NCBI GenBank assembly: GCA_964106645.2
Contig: OZ067045.1
DNA from: Podarcis pityusensis
Taxonomy: Eukaryota
Length of the DNA: 64,000 nt
Strand: one strand, 5' to 3'
The notes under the pieces were generated by a model. The model was not told the origin of the DNA and did no database searches. It saw only the letters and a list, made by a program, of their open reading frames with translations. This document shows, piece by piece, positions 25,810-38,289 of the stretch (position 1 is the first letter of the stretch; every line of letters begins with the position of its first letter). The position numbers were made by a program, and so were the translations under genes.

Positions 25810-26050
25810 AAAAGGATTTGTGGCATCAGTGATGGATTAGCCTTAAAACAGGATAGACAAATCCATGGAGGAAAAACCCATGGCTACAAGTCCTGGAGGC
25901 TGCATGCTGCAGCTCAGCACCAGTTAAGGGAAAGAAGCAGCAGGAGGATACTGCCTCCATGCCTTAGTGAAGGCTTTCCAGAAGCATTTGGCTGTCCATT
26001 GTGGGTAGCACAGTGCTTAGGCTTGATCCAGCAGGGCTCTCTTTATGTAC
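25810..26050 (+). mobile_element. CR1 3' fragment
   Basis: gtgatgg..ttaaaacaggatagacaaatccatggagga ... gatccagcagggctctctttatg. Confidence 0.6.
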
Positions 26051-27067
26051 ACACATCTTTAAAACAATGCTTATTTTGTGTGCAAGGATGTGCATGCAGT
26101 TTTCCTTAAACTGGTACCCTCTAAATGTTCTTGAACTCCAGCTCCCATTAACCCTAGGCATCATGGCCAATCGTCCTCCTTGTCCTTTTCATCCCATTTC
26201 TTTTTACTGCTAAGGATTTGGCTTTCACAACACGACCTCCTTTTACATATTTGCATCTAATTACAACGTTTCATGGCTTTTTGTTTTTTAGCTTTTTAAA
26301 ATATATATATATATATAATTCCACAAATCTGTTGTACTTTAAGTGAATGGGTGCTTACAAGGCTGAGTTACTGAGGTGTGCAGCAAATTTCAATGTCTTG
26401 CAATATGGCATTCCAAGGATATCATTCAGTTGCCTTATATTTTTCGATAATCGCATTTGCCTTTTTGGCCACCAATATAATATTCAGCCCTGTATATTAT
26501 GTGCATTCTCAATGTTGCCAACACTATTGATATGCCTGACATCTGTAAACACTATTGCTGCTTAACAGAAACAAATCCCTTGCCTGGTTTCCTCCATCTT
26601 CCAAATCATAATGTATGAGCCAACTGAACATTCATGGCTTTTAAAGTGCATTTTGTACAGCTTGCCTTACCTTTCCTTTCCTTTTGGGGTACTTCCTCCT
26701 TGAGCATCTAGAAAAAAAATCTCCAACTGCTTGAAACTATATTTTAGGATCCCTTCATTTAACTACAGTAGCTTTCCCCCAGAGTTTTACACACCACTGG
26801 GAGCACCAGTAAGGAGCCAGTCAGCATTGAGGACCATGTTTTCTGCCCACACTGCAGGACAGTGGTAGGCAACTGTTGTTATGTTGAGTGTCACATTTCT
26901 CCATTCATCTCCTAGATGAGATATGATGATCAATCAAGACAACCTCAGCAGATCCACATAAACTTCTGGACACTTTAATATACAACTTAAACTAGTTCTA
27001 AGTTGTGGCTCCAACTCTAAGCTGTTGTTGTGCCTTTTTCCAATAAATAACAGACTTTTGTTGATGA

Positions 27068-27068
27068 C

Positions 27069-27099
<31 letters not shown>

Positions 27100-27101
27100 T
27101 T
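27068..27101 (+). repeat. (TTTA)n microsatellite
   Basis: Direct reading. Confidence 0.95.
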
Positions 27102-27608
27102 ATAGATTTTAATGGTACATGAGAACAACAACAACAAAACAGAAAAACAAAACAAACCAAAAACAATATACAGCAATAAAAAGAAATTAAAAATTAGATA
27201 ATGACAATAAAAGTTACAACCAATGAAACTTAAACATTTACACCACATAAATATAAATAACATAACGTTTTTACTTCCTTCACCCTATTCTATTTGAAAT
27301 TACTATATGTGAAAAATGTATTTTTTAAAAAGAATGGAGGGAGAGAAAATCACACCAGGACACTGTTACCTTGGACAGCAACAGTGAAGAAGAAATGCAG
27401 AATATTTGGGTTGTATTGAGTAGACCAAATTTGAGTAGACCAATACAGGACCCACTTTTGAGTTGCCATGTATGAATTTATGGTTAAATATTAAGAAATG
27501 GATCCGCAAATGCTTGTTTGGGTTGATGGTGGGTTCCAGGTCTGAAAATGTTGAAGACTACTGTAGAGGACTACTGTACTGAAGTCCTGTAGAAGACTAT
27601 TTTAAGGG

Positions 27609-27609
<1 letters not shown>

Positions 27610-27646
<37 letters not shown>
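27610..27646 (+). repeat. (CA)n microsatellite (others at ~38213-38242 and 61011-61038)
   Basis: Direct reading. Confidence 0.97.
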
Positions 27647-27650
<4 letters not shown>

Positions 27651-27819
27651 AGCATTAATTCTAACACAATGCTGTATGTTGCTTGTGTGTGGTCTACTAC
27701 CCCACTGAAATTATTGTATGCCTTATTACAAACCTTTTCTGCTTGTGGTTTCCCTCCTCTGAAATGCTAATTTGTTTCACCATGCACAAGAACCAGATAA
27801 TTTAAACATCTCACTTGTG

Positions 27820-28200
27820 TAAACACAGGAGGGAGAGAGTCACAGATCCGCTGCTGGTGCCATGTCTGATGGCATAATTGCACCCCTGAGACACACTAAT
27901 ACATTAATAGGCATTTTTAAAAGCTTTCCTATTTACCTGTGGAGAGAAGGGGAGGGGGGAACTGCCACTTAAGTTATTGACATTTCAACACCTTTCTCCA
28001 GCTAAAGCAGACATTAGCAGGCTGAGATGCCCTGTTTGCTTTGGTAAAAAGGCAATTATTCCATATTAAAGATAATGTGATTGTTAAGGACACTAATTGA
28101 GCTTAAGTAAGTATGTAAGTGATTTAATTGTCAAGGAAGCGACTAAGGGTAAAGCGAAATAAATGTTTGAGGAAGGATTAAAAAGATTGTCTGGGTGCTC
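27820..28200. promoter_or_regulatory. Candidate conserved non-coding element
   Basis: Repeat-free, dense homeodomain cores (taattg, ctaattga, gatttaattg) and a tgtttgct FOX-like site. Confidence 0.4.
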
Positions 28201-28740
28201 TACTTCGCTATCAAGTCTAGCTCTTATTATGCTATTCCAAAAGAGAGACAGAATATAATGCACATTTGGGGGACAAGAAAATGTATTATCGCAGATGCAA
28301 CTCCTAGTAGATGTATCTTAAGGGGTTGAAATTGAGAATAAAAGGAAACAAGATTCAACAGTTGTGCTGTTGTTGTCTTAGTTTATTTTTAGCCAAGAAA
28401 ACTCCCATCTGTGTGTGTAGAGGGAGGGGATCACAAATGTGTTTATGTGAAACAAATTTTCTTATGGATTATATTAGAACATTTTCTAGTAATGTTCAAG
28501 CAATTTTGGCACCTCATGCAGACTGGGATGAAAATGGCAATCTAAGGATTCCAAGTTCTGTGACTGCTACATGCCTTGACTCCAGAGATGAGGGGTGCTC
28601 ATCTAGGAAAAGATGTAAAAGATGGGGAGTGCTTAACTCTTGCCTCAACCGGGCCGATTTCCCCTTGCAAACCTGTCCCCACCCCAGCCGTCAGCTGCTT
28701 TGGGAATGAAAGAGCTAAATATAGAACGAAAAAATTGACA

Positions 28741-29250
28741 AATAGGGCTGCATCCAATGATAGCCTTACTCAGAGTAAAAAGTAAAGGTAAAGGGGCCCC
28801 TGACCTTTAGGTCCAGTCGTGGCAGACTCTGGGGTTGTGGCACTCATCTCGTTTTCTTGGCTGAGGGAGCCGGTGTTTGTCCGCAGACAGCTTCCGGGTC
28901 ATGTGGCCAGAATGACTAAGCCGCTTCTGGCAAACCAGTGCAGCACATGGAAATGCCGTTTACCTTCCCGCCGGAGTGGTACCTATTTGTCTACTTGCAC
29001 TTTGATGTGCTTTCGAACTGCTAGGTTGGCAGGAGCAGGGACCAAGCAACGGGAGCTCACCCCGTCACGGGGATTCGAACCACTGACTTTCTGATCGGCA
29101 AGTCCTAGGCTCTGTGGTTTAACCCACAGCGCCACCCGCTTCCCTTAGTTACTCAGAGTAGGCCATCCTAAATAAATGGATGTGGCTAACTTAGGTCAGT
29201 TCATTCAAATGGGTTTATTCCATGTAGAACTTTGTTGGATACAACCTATT
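28741..29250. mobile_element. Palindromic MITE-like element interrupted by a Sauria SINE
   Basis: Terminal inverted repeat aatagggctgcatccaa / ttggatacaacctatt; related partial copies at ~16100-16180, 33690-33790, 60665-60765, 61355-61430. Confidence 0.65.
28778..29144 (-). mobile_element. Sauria SINE (lacertid POM-type), full length
   Basis: Reverse complement of the 33261-33617 copy; (ACCTTT)n tail; 12-bp direct repeat ttactcagagta (28766-28777, 29149-29160). Confidence 0.96.
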
Positions 29251-29384
29251 GTGGACAGTTGACACGTGATGCAAGATTGTAAGCACAGGAAGGCCCAGAG
29301 AAGTAGTGGAAGAGGCAAAAGAAAGTCTGCCCTTATCAAAGTGTGTTTGTGTGTGTAGACACTCTTCATCCCAACCTATTTGGA

Positions 29385-29560
29385 ACACAGGAAAACATCT
29401 TAAGCAAACCCATTGGTCCATTTAGTTCAGTATTGTTTGCACTGACTGGCAGTGGCTGTCCAGGGTTTCAGGCAGAGGGCAATCTTGGCCATACCCTGAG
29501 CTACTTGGGATTGAACCTTGACATTTCTTCATGCAAGGTGGATGTATTCAATAGAACTAC
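29385..29560 (-). mobile_element. tRNA-derived SINE, degenerate
   Basis: ccattggtccatttagttcagtattgtttgcactgactggcagtggct..cagggtttcaggcag ... gggattgaacc (B box on the minus strand). Confidence 0.65.
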
Positions 29561-29639
29561 TTCGTATAATGTTCCCTTTCTCTTTCATTTCACAGGACCT
29601 ATAGAAATTTTGGATTAAAGGTTAAATAATTTTAGTTGA

Positions 29640-29762
29640 TCATAGAATCGAAGGGTTGTTAGGAACCACAGGGGTCATCTAGTCCATGCATGAATTTTTT
29701 GCCCAAGGTGGGGCTGAAACCCATGACCCTGAGATTAAGAGACTTGTGCTCTGGGATATCCT
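29640..29762 (-). mobile_element. Squam2-like SINE (tRNA head + CR1 tail)
   Basis: Reverse complement of the 52171-52312 copy. Confidence 0.7.
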
Positions 29763-30236
29763 AAATGTTTATCTTGTTTTCTCATTCCCCCCCCCCCTTA
29801 TTGCAGCAACATACCAGAAGCAAAGTAGGGTGAAATCAAGCTGAAATCCCAACTGTTCAAGTTCATAGGCTCATATCACACCGATTAAACAACAAAAGTT
29901 TTGGTTAATTAATAGAGCATTGAAAATGAGCATCAAGGCAATCCTAGACATGCCTACTCAGTAACTCAGAAACACAGATTACATTGATCAGGAATCATGA
30001 ATTGCGGTCCCAGTTCTTTGGAGCTCCCTCCCAGTTGAGACAGGCCCCTTCCTGGCTGAACTTCTGAATCTTGGTGAAAAGCTTTCTTTTATTTCTGCAA
30101 GGATTTTAAACAATCCATCTGATTTTATGGGTAATTTTAACTGATTTTATTTTTTTATTATATCCTTTTAACCTCACCAAGCACTGCTTAGAGACTACAG
30201 TGTTATGTATAAAAGTTTTAGCCCAAAATATTTAAA

Positions 30237-30325
30237 GCTGTAATCCTAACCACACTTACCTGGAAGTAAGCCTCACAGAGTTCAATAGAATTTACTTCTG
30301 GGCAGACACAGTTAGGATTGTGCCA
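30237..30325. mobile_element. Short palindromic MITE-like repeat
   Basis: gctgtaatcctaac ... gaagtaag..ttacttc ... gttaggattgtgc inverted symmetry. Confidence 0.6.
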
Positions 30326-31029
30326 CATGCAAAATATGATGCAGGTTATAACCATCACTTCAGAGAATCGATCCACATTCTTCCACCATTTCTATCAAAG
30401 AAAGGGCATTGCTAGACCTGCCTAACATTACATCATTTCCTACACGAAGGATCCTGTCTCAGACTGTTACATTAGAACTACCCTTGGGCTAATCAACTAA
30501 TAGCACTGGAGGCAGATAACACAGGCTCTGCTCCATTACGATGGCTTACCCAGCGTTCTACAAAATGTACCATTTGATTTCACAGAAATGTTGGTAAATT
30601 GCTAGTGACTTGTGCAAACCATTTCTCACTTAATTGTGGCTTGATTCCTGACAGCTCATGCTACAATGATCCTTCTGGGGCCATCTTAGATTAAGTCTAT
30701 GGTGATTAATTGATTGTGCATGCTTTTCCCTCCCCCTCAAACACAGCAACAGATACCAGAGTGACTGCCATGAATTATCTTTTCGCCAGTTTCATGCTTG
30801 CTGTAATGCAACCCTAGCAATGTAGAGGGCTGTGTCTGCTTTGCTGCCCTTGGCTTAAACGATTCACCAGATGCAATGCAAAATCATGGTTCTAATGTCC
30901 CTATCTCACAATTTCAATAGTTTAGCGTGATGCTATGTCATTTGCTGTACAGTGTCAACAGTCAAAAGATGCAGAAGTGATGAAGGAAGCATTGGTCCCA
31001 CACATTAAAAGGAGGCCCTAGAAATCATA

Positions 31030-31965
31030 ACTGTGCTAAAGAAAGGTTAAATTTATAAAGGTGGCCCCCTCTGGTGATATCAACAACTGAGAGGGTCTGT
31101 AGGAAAGGTTGTAGTCATTCGGGTATATGGGGCCTGAGCCGTTTAGAACTTTAAACACCAACTGGAGCACCTTGAATTGGGCCCAGAAATGAACTGGCAA
31201 CTAGGGAAGCTAATTTGAAACAGAGATTGAAAGGGAACCGCAGCCATCGATCTGGCTGCTATGTTTTGGACTGAAGGAATGGGTTTCTGTGCAGTCAGTT
31301 TAAAACTGACTCAACACCCCCCCCCTTTTCTTCTTAGCATTTCTAAAATGCTTTAACTTGAGCTGTTGAGCAAATGCATAACAAGAACACAGCTGCATAA
31401 ACAAGGCTCTCTCCTTTATCAGTCTGTGACGATAAGGATGGCCTTGTCCACTCTAAAGTGGAACAGGGATGACACTCTAGATCTTATCTTACCACAACCC
31501 TGACGCACAGACCTAAGTCCGGGAACAAAGCCAGAGTGCGTTCTCGGAGATGATGACCTCTTCCTCCAAGATAAGAATAGGAAGAGGAAGATCCTTTTAT
31601 GGTCAGAAGTACAGGAAGGAATACCCTTTTATGGTTAAGAATACCAGAGCAAGAACATATGTGATGTCAACCTGCGTACATAGGCTGACGTGGTTGGATT
31701 CCTAGGGAAGGAGGGAGAGGGTGCCTGGAGGATATATATACTGCATGAAATTTCTTATTTCTTTGGACTTGCTGTGGACTCACCACGCAAGTGCCTTCTG
31801 CTATCTGGAGAGCAGAATAAACTCTTTCTTGGAATCAACCTCGGTGTCATTTGACTTCCTTCCTCCTGTCCCGGAGCAACGCAGACCCAATTGGTGAACT
31901 CCAATAAGGCTACAGGACCAAATGAAGTTTGTGAGTCATTTTCAAGGACCAGCCTCCACTGGTAC
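31030..31965 (-). mobile_element. L2 fragment split by a solo LTR
   Basis: gccgtttagaactttaaa..agcaccttgaattgggcccagaa..ggctgctatgttttggac | caaatgaagttt..ttttcaaggaccagcc is continuous L2 antisense ORF2 across the insert. Confidence 0.7.
31272..31914 (+). mobile_element. Solo LTR (643 bp), ERV1/gypsy-like
   Basis: TG..CA termini (tgaagg / gctaca); 4-bp TSD ggac (31268-31271, 31915-31918); TATA-like gatatatata at 31731-31740; AATAAA at 31816-31821. Confidence 0.88.
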
Positions 31966-33260
31966 AATCCTTAGCAGGGCATAAGAATACATGAGCTGGA
32001 TGTTTCTCCCCTTTTTTCCCTAGCATCACTCTCCCTATTTCACTACTGTTTCCATTGCATTGTCATTCCTCCAGCGGAACCACTCCTGTTGCCCTTTGCT
32101 TCTGGCGCCAGAGCTCCTCTTCTGCAAAACAGAAGCCTAAAATAAATGATGTAGATCCACTGCAGACAAGCCTCCTCTAACAGCCCATTCTTCATAAAGT
32201 CATTTATTGCTTGATTGGCCAGATATTATCACGGGGCACATTCTAATTATGCTCTCCTAGATTCATTTCTTCTCTGGATGGCTGACAAAATGTAAGATGA
32301 GCTACAGACTGCAGAGTCATTTTCTTTCATTTGCGTTGGCGGTTAGCTAGGACCCAGGGGAGCCTGCACTGTCTCCTGACCTCCTGGCTGGGGAGGAAAG
32401 AGGACTCAGATTAAAGGCCCAGGAAGCCAGAATTGCTACTTTCTTCTGCGTGGCATTGAGAAAGTGGAGAAGAGATAACATTTTATCCCCTCACTCAACC
32501 TCTGCTAACACAGAGACAGTGTGCCTCTCCTTCAATGCCCCCTTCTGCCTGCCTTGCTTGTTCCTCAGAACAAGGCACCCTGAAGGAGTGGCCTGGGAGA
32601 GTGCCTGGGCCACCACCATTTTTCTGGGGCAGATAGACACTCTCTTTTGAAATCATTTAAATGATTACAATGGGCCTGCTCTGAGTGAGGCTTAGTTAGA
32701 TGCATACAGGGTGAGAATACAACCTAAAATCCAAAGAGCATGACCAGTTGTCTCCAGGAACTATGAAATGTTGAGTGTGTTGGAAACAGAAAGTCAAGGT
32801 GGGGAGGGGAAAATGAGTTAGCCTGCCTGAGCCCTTTGAACGTCATAGTATCCTGCAGGTAGGTACTACGCTTGAGACAGAAGTAGTTGTGGAAAGCATT
32901 AACACAGTGAAATTTGCTTGCAGGTCACACTTGCAAGACTAAAATTCAGACTCACTCAATGAGATCGATTGTCAGACAATTCAGTGGAGAGAACAGGAGA
33001 TTGCTCTTCATGCACAGTCCATAGCTAACTGGAATTCACAGAAGAAATTCACTCTAAGAAGATGTGATGATGGTCACTTGCTTAAGCCGGTGTAGTGTGT
33101 GGTTGGGGCATATCATGGCAGCAGGTGCCAGACTCTAACTTGCACGTGTTCACTTGGATGTCTATAGAGGGTGCTAATGAATGAGTGTTGGTCACAGTGG
33201 GGACTTCTCCCTTTTGCCATTCATTGAGAATGTATTAATACTCAAATATGGCTTTAAAAA

Positions 33261-33617
33261 GGGATGCGGGTGATGCTGTGGGTTAAACCACAGAGCCTAG
33301 GACTTGCCGATCAGAAGGTTGGTGGTTCGAATCCCCACGACGGGGTGAGCTCCTGTTGCTCGGTCCCTGCTCCTGCCAACCTAGCAGTTTGAAAGCACAT
33401 CAAAGTGCAAGTAGATAAATAGGTACCGCTCTGGCAGGAAGGTAAACAGCATTTCGGTGCACTGCTCTGGTTCGCCAGAAGCGGCTTAGTCATTCTGGCT
33501 ACATGACCCGGAAGCTGTACGCTGGCTCCCTCGGCCAGTAAAGCGAGATGAGCGCCGCAACCCCAGAGTCGGTCATGACTGGACCTAATGGTCAGGGGTC
33601 CCTTTACCTTTACCTTT
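33261..33617 (+). mobile_element. Sauria SINE (lacertid POM-type), full length
   Basis: A/B boxes (ggttcgaatcc), Sauria core, (ACCTTT)n tail; perfect 14-bp TSD tatggctttaaaaa (33247-33260, 33618-33631). Confidence 0.97.
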
Positions 33618-35267
33618 TATGGCTTTAAAAAACAACAAAGTACAAAAATGAATTATTGCATATTATGAAGCATTTGCAAATTCTGGTCAATATCAGAATA
33701 TACCCATTGAAATTAATGGGCCTAAGTTAGTCGCGTCCGTTAATTTCCGTGGGTCTATTCCGAGTAAGGTTAACATTGGATGCAGCCCAGTATTTAAGAG
33801 GTGTCCAAATGCATAGCAAACAAACAAATGACTTACCAAAATATTTAGTAGACAAAACAAAAGGTAGTTTAAAAAGAAAACTAAGTTTATTCTCTGCAAA
33901 CCATTTGCTTAATTAGCTGCACTAAACAATATGAGCTTTGGCAATATCAACGAAAGCAGTTAATTATGAGAAACAATGAGCAATATAATTAAAGTGATGA
34001 CCTTTGTCTCCAGAAAAGATGTTAAACTGGGCCGAAGTTTGTTCCTGCTTAAATCAGTGCTGATCAATGAATGAACGGGGATGTGCGGAACAAATTTGGA
34101 TTCCTTCCCAATCTCTGGAGGAAACACAACCAGCTTTGTAAATTCCTTGCTGGGTATGGAGACCCAAGATGAACTTGATCAGCTTCCAGAAAACAAGGGG
34201 AGCATATTGGCACAGAGTGCAGAGAAGCTAAAACTAGCAATGGTAGTTTGCAAAACTAAGGCCAGCAGAAACAGTTCCACAAGTTCCCCCCATGTGTAAA
34301 TGTTAGGGGGAAGTAGGGATGGGGAAGAAATTTGATTCACTTCACATTTAAGGGTGAATGTATCACATTTGCATTTTCTGAAACAATATGAGAACTGAAA
34401 TGCAGCCATCCTTTGAAAATTGCACATCTCCAAATGCTGGACCACATGGGCCTTTGGTCTGATCCAGCAGGGCTCTTACTATTATCTTAAAACACTCTGA
34501 TTTACCACAGCACCCAGGTCTGACCAAGTCTGCAAGATTGCTTTGTGGTGGCACATATTTTGACAGGTCTGCCTTTGCAGCTTGTTTCAGGTGTAGTTTC
34601 CTTGCTGAGCTGTTGTGCCTGCCTGCCTCTCTTCCTCACCTTCTTCAGATGTTCTGATGGACATCCTGTTCTGGCAACACCTGAAATTGAGAAACAGGGG
34701 CAGTGTCTCAGCCTTAAGACAAAAATGCTTGTTTCCTGTTTGCAAGGGACACCAAGTGCCAAATAATCCCTGCCTACTTATTCACAAGGAATTGAGGTGT
34801 GTGTATGTTAAAACCTTCCTCATTCAGCAGTATGGGTGAAAATCGTCACTTTACAGAGCTCTGCATCTGCCAAGGTGACTCCGGTCCCTTTGACTTAACA
34901 AGCTTTATCTGCTTTCCATAGACTGCAAGAGGCCTTCTGCAAAGCCTTCCGATTTGCTAGCCCAGCCTATGCCTGCTTCTTGGATCAAGCGAGCCTTCTG
35001 GCTGCAAATTGGCTTCTTTGAGATCAAAATTCTTATCACCGTCTTCTTTTCTACCCCTCTTTCATCCAGGTTCCTTCCCTGGCCAGACTTCCTCCTTGCT
35101 TGCTTGCTTCTTAGAACTGATTATAAAGTTCCTGGAACTTTACAGTGTATTGGATGAGGACTAACAAGCAGAAACTCACTCCACAGAAGATGGAGATTTT
35201 GGTGGTAGGCTGTTCAGTGGTTACAGAGGGGGTATTTAGCCTGTCCTGGATGGAGCAAGTTTGCAGA

Positions 35268-35522
35268 TTATTATTATTATTATTATTATTAACAGTTTAG
35301 AGCAACTTAGAATCACTAAAGGAGACAAAGGATTACACAACTTTTAGAAGAGGCAGCCCTGCATGGGTTTTTTTTTTTTAATGCTTGGGGGTTTTATTAT
35401 GTTTTTAGATATGCTGTAAGCCACCCAGAGTGGCTGGAGAAACCCAGCCAGATGGGTGGGATATTATTATTACGATGGTGATGATGATGATGCTGCTGAT
35501 GATGATGGTGATGATGATGATG
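35268..35522 (+). repeat. (TTA)n and compound (GAT)n microsatellites around an L2-type 3' tail (35390-35470)
   Basis: Direct reading; tgtaagccacccagagtggctggagaaacccagccagatgggtggg tail. Confidence 0.75.
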
Positions 35523-35639
35523 GGCCATAACAATATACACCTCAAGTGTTAAAAGCCAGGGCAAAGTGGTTTTATAGACTTTAGTATTTTCCTTTTAGTG
35601 GCCATCATTTAATTGTAGGGAGTATGTGTGGTTTTCCTC

Positions 35640-36200
35640 CTCAGTTCAGGTTTTTTAGATGTCAGCAAAGGCCTTAAAACTGGGCTTTTGCCATTACCTG
35701 TGACACTTCTGAACTGTTTTCGTTTAAATCTGACCGAGAAAGTGCAATATGCCCCTTGGCTAATGTACGACATGAAATGCAACAGTTGGTGCCCCTTTGG
35801 ATTCTGTTCCAAACAGGAGAACGGGGGGGGGGGGGGATTTATAGTGTCTATAAACAATTAGAATAAATCAAATAGATTCTCCTTTTGCATTGGTTTAGAT
35901 TACTTTATAATTAACAAATGTGCTGCACTGAAACTAGTTTTATGCTTATCCTAATGGCTACATAATGAGATCCCCAACTTAATGACTGCATAACCGCGGG
36001 GAATGTTAATGAACTTTGAGAAAGGCCGGCTTTGCCTCTAGCTGAAAAATGGCGGCGATTCAAACATCGCAAGTTGCTGAAGTGTTAATTAATAAAGGTT
36101 CTACATAAATATTGAACAAGCATGCAGAAGAAGTAGAACATGTAAATAGCTTAAGATACCTGCAAATAAACATTTTTACGTTGTGATATAAATGTCAGGC
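35640..36200. promoter_or_regulatory. Candidate conserved non-coding element
   Basis: Repeat-free, retained CpGs, YY1 motif aaaatggcggc at 36046-36056, ttaattaa. Confidence 0.45.
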
Positions 36201-36563
36201 AGGCATGAAGTATTGGTCTGGAGTCATTTCCCCCCCTCCCTTGGATTTTTCCCTCTCCCTGTGACTTAAAGCTCTGCAATTCATCTCCATCGAACAGAGC
36301 ACTTCAGACCAGCTTTAGGCTGTGATTCCTCAACCATCAATTCCAGAGCAGTTGGTGCTAGCAATAGATGAGGCCATTCTCCAGCAGATTCCATACAACA
36401 GAACAGCCTTCCCAACATGGTTCCTCTCCAGATGCTGTTTGACTACAGCTCCCATCAGGCCCATGTGTCATGGTCAATGGGTAGGGATGATGGGATTTGT
36501 AGTCCAGCTGTTTGCAAATATGTTCCAGTTCCTTTAAGTCAGGATGGGGAAGAGGAAGGAGTT

Positions 36564-36824
36564 CAGTGTGGTGTAGTGGTTAAGAGCAGTAGACTCGTAA
36601 TCTGGTGAACTGGGTTCGCATCTCCGCTCCTCCACATGCAGCTGCTGGGTGACCTTGGGCTAGTCACACTTCTTTGAAGTCTCTCAGCCCCACTCACCTC
36701 ACAGAGCGTTTGTTGTGGGGGAGGAAGGGAAAGGAGAATGTTAGCCACTTTGAGACTCCTTTGGTAGTGATAAAGCGGGATATCAAATCCAAACTCCTCC
36801 TCCTCCTCCTCCTCTTCTTCTTCT
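36564..36824 (+). mobile_element. Squam3 SINE (lacertid type)
   Basis: A box tggtgtagtgg, B box ggttcgcatc, L2-like 3' part, (CTC/CTT)n tail; near-identical to 45483-45728. Confidence 0.92.
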
Positions 36825-37264
36825 CATAAGGGAGCTGTGCTTAGAGGAAGAACTGTGAGGGGAGAGACTTCCAGCCGTCCATCAGGCAAGGCCTTTTCCA
36901 CCTGCCTTGCCCTACCCTCCAGTCTCTGCTTCTCAATTTGTATTGTATTGTTTTATGCACCATGACTTGCCGTTCTTTTTATTGATTATAGTTTAGAAAT
37001 TATTTATTGTAATTGTTAAGAGTGGATTTCTGTTTAATTTTGATATGATGATATTTAATATTCTATACTATTCTAAAGGATTGTTGAATATTACTTTCAC
37101 TAATATTAGTTGCTTATTTCAAAGTTATGTTTTATTATCACATTTTTGTATTGGATTAGATTGTTATAAGTGTACATTCTTTGTTTCTTCAGCTTGTAAA
37201 CCGCCTTGGGTATAGTAAAATAGAAAGGCGGTATACAAATTAAGTGTGAAATGACATGGAAACG

Positions 37265-37420
37265 AAAGGACCGTGGCCAAGATTTATGGCAGCTTCCTTG
37301 CATGTCGATGATTGAACCTGAAGGCACCTCCAGGTAGAAGTGGCAGAAACCCCTACATGAAACCTTGGAAAGCCACTTCTAGTCAGTGTAGACAACACTG
37401 AACTACATGGACCAATGGAG
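37265..37420 (+). mobile_element. tRNA-derived SINE, degenerate
   Basis: gaaaccttggaaagccacttctagtcagtgtagacaacactgaactacatggaccaatgg. Confidence 0.6.
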
Positions 37421-37829
37421 GGAGGGAGGAGGGAAGCCAACAGCAACATCTCTTTCGCACAATTATGCAATGGTGTCATATAGAGAGTAGCTGGAATGGT
37501 CACTGCATGGAGCAGCTTTGGGAGAAGAAGACCCAGAAGGCACCAACCATATGCAGGGTGGGGTGGGACTTCACTGTGCCACTTCCCTTTCAGATGCACA
37601 TGGGTATGAATGGCTGCTGGTGGAGACATCTCTGGGATGTGAGGAGCCAAAGAGCAATTGCCCCAGCTCAGCTGGTGGAATGGGCCTAGCTGACTCACCT
37701 CTTCTGCTGATGCAACCAAATACATCTCTCACACTTTGCAATCACCCACTCAAGGTCAACTAGCCAGCCAGCACTGGCAGGACATTTATTTGCAGAGCAA
37801 AAACTGCTGTGTTCTATTGTTTCTGACCT

Positions 37830-38090
37830 GTAGAATCATAGATTTCTGGAGGGAGCTCATGGGTCATCTAGTCCAACCCCTGCAATGCAGGATTACCAGC
37901 TAAATAATCCCTGATAAGTGGCCATCTGACATCCAATGAAGAACAGCCCACTGATTTCCAATGTAATCCACCCCACAGCTGATTATAGCTCTTACCATCA
38001 GAAAATTATTCTGAATGCTTAGATTTGCACCTTTCCATTCTGGCAAAAGGCTGAAAGGGAATGCCTCTGGTCGATTCTATGAAATTCTGA
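37830..38090 (-). mobile_element. CR1 3' end
   Basis: tagaatcatag..gggtcatctagtccaacccctgcaatgcagga..gtggccatct. Confidence 0.75.
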
Positions 38091-38212
38091 ATCATTTGAT
38101 TTCCAGGGAACCTAACAGGTGAGCCCTGGACAACTTCTACCTGTGCCACCAGCAGACTCCAAGGGAACAAGTTGGAGAGAAAAGTCTGTGTGTTTCTCTC
38201 CTCTCTCTCTCT

Positions 38213-38246
<34 letters not shown>

Positions 38247-38289
38247 TTGTGAGCATTGGCTCTATCTGCATCTAGTTTCAACCACTCAC

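Noticed and set aside
28819-29094. Repeated similar ORFs (also 33311-33493, 43189-43416, 5631-5909) suggesting a gene family
   Set aside because: Antisense translations of Sauria SINE copies
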